This document shows positions 56,569-64,000 of a DNA stretch of 64,000 nucleotides, one piece after another. A model generated the notes under the pieces. The model made no database searches, was not told the DNA's origin, and was given only the letters and a program-made list of their open reading frames with translations. Location: the NCBI GenBank assembly GCA_943361925.1, contig CALRIT020000010.1, forward strand, positions 13,334-77,333, in the 5' to 3' direction. The DNA is from Vulcanococcus limneticus LL. Its GTDB lineage: Bacteria; Bacteroidota; Bacteroidia; UKL13-3. The position numbers were made by a program, and so were the translations under genes. Numbering within the stretch: the first letter of the stretch is position 1; each line of letters opens with the position of its first letter.

Positions 56569-58044
56569 ATGGAAATTAAGAAAGTAAAAAGAAGTGAAGA
56601 TTACAGTGCCTGGTACAATAATCTTGTGAAACATGCCGATTTAGCTGAACATTCGGCAGTAAAAGGCTGTATGGTTATAAAACCTTATGGATATGCCATT
56701 TGGGAAACAATGCAGGCAGAATTAGACAGACGATTCAAGGAAACAGGACACCAAAATGCATATTTCCCCTTATTCATTCCAAAAAGCTTTTTTAGTAAAG
56801 AAGCCAGCCATGTTGATGGATTTGCAAAAGAATGTGCAGTTGTAACTCATTATAGATTAAAAGTAGATGAGAATACCAGAGAAATTGTGGTTGATCCGGA
56901 TGCCAAACTAGATGAAGAACTAATTGTAAGACCTACCTCTGAAACCATTATCTGGAATACTTATAGAGATTGGATTCAAAGTTACCGTGATTTACCAATT
57001 CTTATTAACCAATGGGCGAATGTGGTAAGATGGGAAATGAGAACCCGATTGTTTTTAAGAACTGCTGAATTTTTATGGCAAGAAGGTCATACTGCTCATG
57101 CTACTGCTGAAGAAGCAATTGCAGAAACCAAACAAATGCTAGAAGTTTATGCTGATTTTGCAGAAAACATACTTGCTGTTCCGGTAATTAAAGGTGTAAA
57201 AACTCCAAATGAAAGATTTGCCGGAGCATTAGATACTTATTGCATTGAAGGTTTGATGCAAGATGGAAAAGCACTTCAAATGGGAACTTCACATTTCTTA
57301 GGTCAGAATTTTGCTAAAGCTTTTGATGTAAAATATGTAACCAAAGAAAATACAAAAGAATATGTTTGGGCAACTAGTTGGGGAGTTTCAACCAGGTTAA
57401 TGGGCGCTCTTATTATGAGTCATAGCGATGATGAAGGATTGGTTTTACCTCCAAGACTTGCTCCTATTCAAGTTGTAATCGTTCCAATTTTCAGAAAAGA
57501 AGCAGAACAATCTTTAGTTATGGAAAAAGCTGATGCCTATTTCGCTGCTTTAAAAGCTGCAGGTATCAGAGTTAAATTAGATGCCAGAGACAATCAATCT
57601 CCTGGATTTAAGTTTGCCGAATACGAATTAAAAGGAGTTCCCGTTCGAATTGCAATTGGACCAAGAGACGTTACTAACGGTACTGTGGAAGTTGCAAGGA
57701 GAGATACCAAAGAAAAACAGGTAATGTCTGAAACAGATTTAGTCCATAAAATCGAGCATTTATTAGAACAAATTCAGACTAATCTATATCAAAAAGCATT
57801 GGATTACAGAACTGAACATATCACTGCTGTAAATACTTGGGATGAATTCAAAGATGTTTTGGAAAACAAAACCGGTTTCGTTTCAGCGCATTGGGATGGT
57901 ACTTCGGAAACCGAACAAAAAATCAAAGAAGAAACAAAAGCAACAATCCGTTGTATTCCTTTAGATAATCATTTGGAAAACGGTATTTGTGTTTATTCAG
58001 GAAAACCTTCAACACAAAGAGTTTTGTTTGCTAAGGCTTATTAA
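56569..58044 (+). CDS. proS: Proline--tRNA ligase (archaeal/eukaryote-like class IIa type)
   Basis: 491 aa. [59 protein letters not shown]-type motif 2, [10 protein letters not shown], and a C-terminal Zn-binding-type domain ending AKAY. Confidence 0.95.
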   Translation: MEIKKVKRSEDYSAWYNNLVKHADLAEHSAVKGCMVIKPYGYAIWETMQAELDRRFKETGHQNAYFPLFIPKSFFSKEASHVDGFAKECAVVTHYRLKVDENTREIVVDPDAKLDEELIVRPTSETIIWNTYRDWIQSYRDLPILINQWANVVRWEMRTRLFLRTAEFLWQEGHTAHATAEEAIAETKQMLEVYADFAENILAVPVIKGVKTPNERFAGALDTYCIEGLMQDGKALQMGTSHFLGQNFAKAFDVKYVTKENTKEYVWATSWGVSTRLMGALIMSHSDDEGLVLPPRLAPIQVVIVPIFRKEAEQSLVMEKADAYFAALKAAGIRVKLDARDNQSPGFKFAEYELKGVPVRIAIGPRDVTNGTVEVARRDTKEKQVMSETDLVHKIEHLLEQIQTNLYQKALDYRTEHITAVNTWDEFKDVLENKTGFVSAHWDGTSETEQKIKEETKATIRCIPLDNHLENGICVYSGKPSTQRVLFAKAY

Positions 58045-58067
58045 AATAATACTATAGTTGATCTAAA

Positions 58068-58105
58068 TAAAAATGCCTGAACTATAAATCAGTTCAGGCA
58101 TTTTT
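58068..58105. terminator. Bidirectional terminator between proS and the RES toxin gene
   Basis: 13-bp stem aaatgcctgaact / agttcaggcattt with a 7-nt loop. The T-run overlaps the RES stop codon. Confidence 0.85.
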
Positions 58106-58562
58106 ATTTGAAAATTCTCTTATCAAAAGGGAATTTTTCTGATGAAAGAATTTTAACTTTTTTGAAATCTTTATGAAATGGATTAATGAGAATATTAAAG
58201 TCTCCTTTTGTCACTGCAGATGGCACTTCTAAAAGCAAATATTTATTCTGATTAATGAAATCATCACCAATCTTTGCGCATAAATTATTTGAAGGAAAAG
58301 CATTCCAATTTTCCGGTAAATCTATTGGGTCAATTTTCTTTTTACTCGATTTAGTCGGTAATAAAATTTCTAACATATAGAAATCATCAGGAAGAGTTGC
58401 TAAAGTTAAATGCACCACCAATTCAGCCATAGCTAAAGAACGATTAGAAGCTGTATAAATAATTTCTGTTCCTATGGAATTCCATCTGCCCCCAAATAAA
58501 GAAGCCCCTTTTCCCGAAAAATCATTCATGAAACATTCACGAACCAGTCTATAAACCTTCAT
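58104..58562 (-). CDS. RES-domain toxin (NAD+-degrading toxin family)
   Basis: 152 aa. GGRWNSIGTEIIYTASNRSLAMAELVVH (Arg and Glu) and LLLEVPSAV (Ser) give the R-E-S signature. NILINPFH. Confidence 0.85.
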   Translation of the reverse strand: MKVYRLVRECFMNDFSGKGASLFGGRWNSIGTEIIYTASNRSLAMAELVVHLTLATLPDDFYMLEILLPTKSSKKKIDPIDLPENWNAFPSNNLCAKIGDDFINQNKYLLLEVPSAVTKGDFNILINPFHKDFKKVKILSSEKFPFDKRIFK

Positions 58563-59063
58563 TTAAGCGAAAATTCCGTAGTTTATTCTATTTAATTCTG
58601 CCATGAGCAAACTCTTTCCATAGGAGTTAACCAGTAAACTTGAAGGCTTTTCATTGGCTAAAGCAAAATTTGGAGTTTCTAACCATAAGCCGAATTTTTC
58701 TGTAGTTCCAAAAACTTCTAAACCCAAATTATTTACCTCAGCTATTTCAAAAATTTTTTCTGATTGAAGTGGACCAAAATGACGGTTTTCTAATTTATAC
58801 CTTTGTAGTGATTTAGAAGATAAATCTAACAAATTGGCCCATGAAGCTTCTGGTAAAGGAGTTATTGATTTAATTAATTCAAACAAATTAAATGGAACCC
58901 CAAGTTTAATAGCTTTCATTACTAACATTTTATCAGAGAAAAACTCTGACCAACTAGGAGTTTTAGAATATCTAGCAACAGGTTCATTTACGAGGCATTC
59001 TTTCATAAATGTACCAAATTGTTCATTTAATTTTTTATTGAAAATAAATTGATCTTCTGACAT
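58563..59063 (-). CDS. Xre/MbcA/ParS-type antitoxin with a DUF2384 toxin-binding domain
   Basis: The C-terminal LEVFGTTEKFGLWLETPNFALANEKPSSLLVNSYGKSLLMAELNRINYGIFA matches DUF2384. Its stop abuts the RES ATG. The ATG at 59063 is preferred because the TTG at 59102 lies inside the upstream terminator and upstream of the -7 box. Confidence 0.8.
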   Translation of the reverse strand: MSEDQFIFNKKLNEQFGTFMKECLVNEPVARYSKTPSWSEFFSDKMLVMKAIKLGVPFNLFELIKSITPLPEASWANLLDLSSKSLQRYKLENRHFGPLQSEKIFEIAEVNNLGLEVFGTTEKFGLWLETPNFALANEKPSSLLVNSYGKSLLMAELNRINYGIFA

Positions 59064-59080
59064 ATTCGGAAAATTGTCTT

Positions 59081-59088
59081 CAAATTTA
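59081..59088 (-). promoter_or_regulatory. -7 promoter box (TAAATTTG) for the toxin-antitoxin pair
   Basis: Minus strand TAAATTTG lies 17 nt upstream of the ATG at 59063 and directly downstream of the terminator. Confidence 0.45.
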
Positions 59089-59100
59089 AGACTTTTTTCC

Positions 59101-59132
59101 AAAAAAAATGCCTTTCTCTTCAGAAAGGCATT
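59101..59132 (-). terminator. Rho-independent terminator after the 1248-aa gene
   Basis: aatgcctttct / cttc / agaaaggcatt. An A-run of 8 on the plus strand gives a U-run on the minus-strand transcript. Confidence 0.85.
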
Positions 59133-59153
59133 ATTTTGAATTTTTAATTATTA

Positions 59154-62100
59154 CTATTTAAAACCGATTTGCTTTCTATCTGCCTCTGCAACTTTAATAC
59201 AGAAATCTTTGAAAACAGTATAATCAGTTGTAGGAACAACATCCTTTTTCATTTTGATTTTACGAGTAACAGTAACTTTTCCTGGTGCAACTACAAAACT
59301 TAAACTATAATCATAGTTAGGACAAGTAAGCGTTACGTTTTTAGGAATCTCAGCCAAAACCTTTCCGGCAGGAATTTCTAAAGTTATAGTTTCTTTTAGC
59401 TCATCAGCACCATCAAATTCCCAAACATTAAATGGAAACTTACGCTCATCTGCAGATACAAAATCCAATCCACTGTAAGCATCAGCCCAAGGTAAGTTTA
59501 GAATTTTAATACCAATTACTTCTTTTAATTCATTACTGATTTTGTATTTATAAGTGTATTTAACAGTATCACCTAAAGTGACCAAATCCGACATAGTTAA
59601 GTTGATTAATTTTACTGGATTATTAAAATCTGATGAAATTGATTCAGTCATAGATTTTTCTTGCTTTTCTTTACCTATATCAGCATAATTACTTCTAAAT
59701 CCACTAGCATAACCACCCATTCTGATATTCTTTCTTTCTAAAATCATATCATTCATTTCGAATTTAACTTTGGTTTCTCTGAATATAGAATTTGAAACCC
59801 TGTTATTTGATTGCAACAAGATTAAATCTTTAGCAGTATTATCAGTTTTGGTTGGAATATTTAATGCCAATGAATTCAATAAATACGATGGTAAAGTACC
59901 AAACGATAATTTTGAATTAGTTAGTTCAACATAATACTCTTTTCCTCCTGCAAAAAATCGAGCAATACAGTGATTAAATCCAATAGTTGGCAATGTAAAG
60001 TCGAAATCACCATTGTCTCTTGTATCAACTAAAACCAGGTTCGATTTTAAACCCACTTCTTTACACATAGCAACAAATAATGTAGATAAATCTTTACAAT
60101 CTCCTAAACGAGTACTGATAGTTCTAGAAGCTGTTTGAGGAACGTGAGCACTATGTAAAAATGGAACATTACTATATCTGAAATTATCAGCAATATATTG
60201 GTAAATCAACTTACCTTTTTCGTACTCAGATAAGTTAGTTTTGTCTTTGAACAATTCAGCAACAGTTTCTTTTACTTCAAATTTTGCTTTTGCTTTTGTC
60301 GATGCTAAATCCGAATACCAATTGGCAACAAAGTTCCAATCTGGCATTGAACTTAACTCCAAGATTCCACCTACATCATCCAAAGGAGGCATATATGGTT
60401 CTGATTTAAATGCAGCCAAATCTTGTGTCGACCAGGTATACTTTTTCAAATCATCTAAATCTTCAATTTTCTCATCAACTTTAATATTTCTAACCTTGTA
60501 TTTAAAGCTGAAATCTTTAGGAGTAATGATGGTGTATTTGCAACTTTTTACAGGGAAGAAATAATTGAAGTTAAATTCATCCCAGAAATGAGAAGCCAAT
60601 TTTCCATGACCATAGTTTTCAATTCTATAAATTAAATGAATACCATCACCTTCTTCCAAATTAGGAAATACCATTTCATTGTGATTGGTTTCAGCTTTTA
60701 ATTTACTTCCATCTTTCTTTAATACTTCAACCTTTTCAACAATTAATCTTTGCCCATAACTATTGTATCCAACTGAATATTCTTTCCAACGATCGATTCC
60801 ACTTTTGTTGAAAATCTTCACAATCAATTCAACTTTTTCTTCTGAACTACCTTGTGCATATACAACTCTCTGTCTGTTATTTAACAAAATAATTGAATTG
60901 TCTTCAGGATAATCTTCTGCTTTTGGACCCGCTTTAAAAACCTTTACTGGATCAACACAATCAAAACCTTCAAACAAATCTTTTTTATTCTCAAGTTTTC
61001 TCAACTGCTTTCTAGCATCATAATTGCTTGGTTGGAAATAAATTGCATTTTGATAAGCCAATGACGCCTCTGCTACGTTTTTTCTGGCCTCTTGAATTTT
61101 ACCAATTTTATCCCAGTAATAACTATGATAAGGAGCCATATCTCTTGTTTTTTCCTGCCAGCTTAAAGCCAAATCATAAGCCTGTTGATCAAAATATAAT
61201 TCAGCCAAATCATTATAATAACCAATAGCATAAGGAAAATTATCGACGCGTTTCAAATAAAGATTTAATCCATCCTGAACTTTACCTAATTTGAAATAGT
61301 TATTTGCTACACTTGTTATTACACCATCATTCAAATTATTCTTAAGATAATTTAACAAAATAGCGTTTGCAGCTGAGAGATTTTTCTTTGTATTTTGAAC
61401 AATATTATACTGCAACATCATTAAGTTATAATCATCCGGATACTTCGCATATAATTCATTGGCATAACGAATTAATTCTTCATAATTTTTACGATTTGCA
61501 AGTAACTCCAAACGAATCATTTCGATATATTTAGACTTACCGTACAAGTTTTCCATTTGATTAACTAACTTTTCTTCCTCATCATAATTTTCCTTATTCT
61601 CTTCTTCAGAAATTCTTAACCTTAAAGCGTAAATGTTTTCAGGAAACTCAGTTTTAATTTTCTCTTGAGTTTTAGTTAAATCAGTATAATTTTTATCTCT
61701 TGAATAAGCTTCAATTTGTTTAATACCAACCAAGCAGTTTTGCGGCGCCAGTTTACTTGACATTTGCATAGCTTTTCTTGATTCGTAAGGTTTATCATTC
61801 CTTAAATAAGTTTCTGCTAACAATAAATAGTTCAATAAATCAGGTTTTGTTTTTACTTGATCTTCAAAGAATTTTTCAGCAAAAAATGGAAATGTTTTAA
61901 CTGCATACTCACTTGCTTTTGTATATGCCTGATTATCGTTTGTGCTGGTGATTCCTGGGATTGGATTGGCCTTATCATCACAAATACGAAGTAAGAAATT
62001 TGCGTTCCCAACTTCACTTTCACCAATTTGAACTAAAATTCTGTTGAAACCTTTATTTAATTTGATACCTGATGCATAAACATCCAAATCACAATTACGC

Positions 62101-62900
62101 TCTTCTTCTACTTCAGTAACCAATTTATCATTAACCCAAATTTTCATGGAACCTGAACTACCTGAAAACAAAAATGCTTCCATATCGGCAGGAGAATTTA
62201 CCCAAGTTTGAGCAAACATGATACTGTTATCATGCTCAAAATGATAAGCAAAATCGGTCCATTTATCATTTCTGATATGTTTAACTTTAAACCATTTTAC
62301 TTTTGCACCGGCAAAGTTTACAAATTCTTCATTGGCACCTGACTTTTCTAAAGCGCCCCAGTTTTTATCATATCCACTAGCAGAAATATTATCGAAAGTT
62401 CCTAACATCTGCCAATTTTCAATGTTTCCAATTTTGGCAAATTCTTCAAGGGATTTAGCAACTTTATTGGAAGACTGATAATGTTTAGCTAGCATATAAT
62501 GCGCCATAGCTTTAATAGTTCCATTTGCTCTAGAATCAGCAATTACAGCGTTTAAGAACTTTAACTTTGATTCATCTTTCTTTCCGTATCCATCAAAAAT
62601 AATTCCGTTTGTCCACAAGGCATATACATAAGGATATGGATCAGGAGCAACAGCATAAAACTTTTGGAATGCATTAAATGCTTCATCATAATTTTCATTT
62701 TGAGCATAACATAATGCCAATCCCAATTGAGCTTCATTCATTAAATTGGGTGACTTTGCAGCTTCCTTAAAGCCATCAATAGCATCTAAAATATTGTTTG
62801 ATTTAAAATCCTCCCATTGTTTATTTAAGTTTTGGGAGTAGCCACTTTTACTTGCAAATAGTGTAAGCAGTAAAATGATGAGGATGTTTACTTTTTTCAT
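59154..62900 (-). CDS. Large secreted TPR-repeat / beta-sandwich / DUF3857-transglutaminase-like protein
   Basis: 1248 aa. Signal peptide MKKVNILIILLLTLFASKSGYSQ and TPR-like helical repeats in two blocks. The transglutaminase-core Cys context is RLGDCKDLSTLFVAMCKEVGLKSNLVLV. Confidence 0.75.
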   Translation of the reverse strand: MKKVNILIILLLTLFASKSGYSQNLNKQWEDFKSNNILDAIDGFKEAAKSPNLMNEAQLGLALCYAQNENYDEAFNAFQKFYAVAPDPYPYVYALWTNGIIFDGYGKKDESKLKFLNAVIADSRANGTIKAMAHYMLAKHYQSSNKVAKSLEEFAKIGNIENWQMLGTFDNISASGYDKNWGALEKSGANEEFVNFAGAKVKWFKVKHIRNDKWTDFAYHFEHDNSIMFAQTWVNSPADMEAFLFSGSSGSMKIWVNDKLVTEVEEERNCDLDVYASGIKLNKGFNRILVQIGESEVGNANFLLRICDDKANPIPGITSTNDNQAYTKASEYAVKTFPFFAEKFFEDQVKTKPDLLNYLLLAETYLRNDKPYESRKAMQMSSKLAPQNCLVGIKQIEAYSRDKNYTDLTKTQEKIKTEFPENIYALRLRISEEENKENYDEEEKLVNQMENLYGKSKYIEMIRLELLANRKNYEELIRYANELYAKYPDDYNLMMLQYNIVQNTKKNLSAANAILLNYLKNNLNDGVITSVANNYFKLGKVQDGLNLYLKRVDNFPYAIGYYNDLAELYFDQQAYDLALSWQEKTRDMAPYHSYYWDKIGKIQEARKNVAEASLAYQNAIYFQPSNYDARKQLRKLENKKDLFEGFDCVDPVKVFKAGPKAEDYPEDNSIILLNNRQRVVYAQGSSEEKVELIVKIFNKSGIDRWKEYSVGYNSYGQRLIVEKVEVLKKDGSKLKAETNHNEMVFPNLEEGDGIHLIYRIENYGHGKLASHFWDEFNFNYFFPVKSCKYTIITPKDFSFKYKVRNIKVDEKIEDLDDLKKYTWSTQDLAAFKSEPYMPPLDDVGGILELSSMPDWNFVANWYSDLASTKAKAKFEVKETVAELFKDKTNLSEYEKGKLIYQYIADNFRYSNVPFLHSAHVPQTASRTISTRLGDCKDLSTLFVAMCKEVGLKSNLVLVDTRDNGDFDFTLPTIGFNHCIARFFAGGKEYYVELTNSKLSFGTLPSYLLNSLALNIPTKTDNTAKDLILLQSNNRVSNSIFRETKVKFEMNDMILERKNIRMGGYASGFRSNYADIGKEKQEKSMTESISSDFNNPVKLINLTMSDLVTLGDTVKYTYKYKISNELKEVIGIKILNLPWADAYSGLDFVSADERKFPFNVWEFDGADELKETITLEIPAGKVLAEIPKNVTLTCPNYDYSLSFVVAPGKVTVTRKIKMKKDVVPTTDYTVFKDFCIKVAEADRKQIGFK

Positions 62901-63169
62901 TTATTGTTGTAATGATGTTTTGATTTTGATTTGGGTATAGGCTTTTTTCCAAAAATAAACATTCCTATGAACCCAACAAGCGTGTTTAGTCATTCTTGAA
63001 TAAATTTACCAGAATTAAGAAATCAAGGCATTATATAATTTCAAACCCAAAATGAAGTTTTTATAGATGATTTTCGAAAAAATCTAATAATTTCCAATTA
63101 AAACTAAGCAAATCAAACAAATTAACATATTAAACCTTAAGCATTTCAATAACATTTTAAAATTAAAGC

Positions 63170-63856
63170 ATGGAAAACAATTTCATTGAAATAAAAAAAA
63201 CACTCTTACAAAAATCATCGGTAAAACAATTAGTGTTTAGACAAACCAAACAGGTTTTTGCAGAACTTAAAGAAGTGGTAAAAAAAATCTGTTTTGAATT
63301 ATCAAACGAGATTTATGCAGAAGACCCAAATGTTGAAGTAAAATTTTATGACAAATCAGAATTTGAATTCCATTTAAAATTTTCTGGAGACACCTTAGTT
63401 TTTATGATGCACACCAATGTTTTCGATTTTGAATCAAACCATTTCATACACCAAAGTGCTTTTGTAAAGGAGGACATATTAAGAGAGTATTGTGGTATGA
63501 TTCAGATGTATAATTTTCTTGCTGATTCCATAAAATACAACCGTGAAGGAGATATGGGTTATTTGGTTGGAAGGTTATTTGTAAACAAAGACCGTCACTT
63601 TTTTATAGAAGGGAAAAGACCAATTTCTTTCTTATTTAACGATATCAGTAAAAATCAAATCAGTAATGAAAGTCTGGCTCAAGTTGTTGCTGAAGCGATG
63701 AAATTTTGTTTAAACTTCGATTTAATGGCTCCACCTCTTGAAGCAATCAACTTGCTTACAATTGAACAAAAAAACTACATGAGTTTTAGTAGTGGAATTC
63801 CAACTTCTAAAAGGTTAGGTTTTAGAATGGAAAAAGATGAAAGTGGAGATAAATAA
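63170..63856 (+). CDS. Hypothetical cytoplasmic protein
   Basis: 228-aa ORF with no signal peptide and no recognised motif. Confidence 0.5.
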   Translation: MENNFIEIKKTLLQKSSVKQLVFRQTKQVFAELKEVVKKICFELSNEIYAEDPNVEVKFYDKSEFEFHLKFSGDTLVFMMHTNVFDFESNHFIHQSAFVKEDILREYCGMIQMYNFLADSIKYNREGDMGYLVGRLFVNKDRHFFIEGKRPISFLFNDISKNQISNESLAQVVAEAMKFCLNFDLMAPPLEAINLLTIEQKNYMSFSSGIPTSKRLGFRMEKDESGDK

Positions 63857-64000
63857 TTCCATTTCTAAGAATTGATATAAATCCAAATTTTAAAATAAAT
63901 CATAAAATCCGACTCATTGATGTAATTTCTATTTTCACCAAGATAAAAAGACCGATTTTATAAAAATACATTACACAAAAACCTAAAAAAAGTGACCCAA

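Overview
AT-rich chromosomal segment, roughly one-third G+C by eye, most likely from a Bacteroidota genome of the Flavobacteriia or Cytophagia type. Three things point there: two proteins carry T9SS C-terminal sorting domains, many genes are preceded by TAnnTTTG -7 boxes, and ccoN and ccoO are fused. I saw no rRNA, tRNA, CRISPR array, transposase, integrase or phage gene. The window is mostly housekeeping: sucB (partial), rocD, fhs, an aldehyde dehydrogenase, lptC, coaX, birA, rsfS, murB, rlmD, aroQ and proS. It also holds a complete cbb3 oxidase locus (Crp/Fnr regulator, tandem-USP, ccoI, ccoS, ccoNO, ccoQ-like, ccoP, ccoG, fixH, TauE-like). There are several peptidases (S8 with a T9SS domain, M61, M49) and many envelope lipoprotein and beta-barrel genes of unknown function. 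The only clearly accessory insert is a RES/Xre toxin-antitoxin cassette bracketed by terminators. The ORF track misses four genes: sucB (open at the window edge), a 52-aa CcoQ-like gene, a 57-aa ccoS, and a 55-aa membrane peptide coupled to lptC. The best novelty candidates are: (1) an operon pairing a lipoprotein that has a Trp/Tyr/Gly/Asn-rich low-complexity core and a GC-rich Pro/Ser/Gly/Arg tail with a 500-aa FadL/PorV-like barrel (53518-56481); (2) a tandemly duplicated ~173-bp noncoding module with GC-rich inverted ends between convergent genes (11505-11910); (3) two TGA-N6-TCA palindromes, each exactly 44 nt upstream of an identical TATTTTTG box, in front of the two cbb3 operons beside the Fnr-like regulator. 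All functional calls rest on motif recognition by eye. No database search was run.
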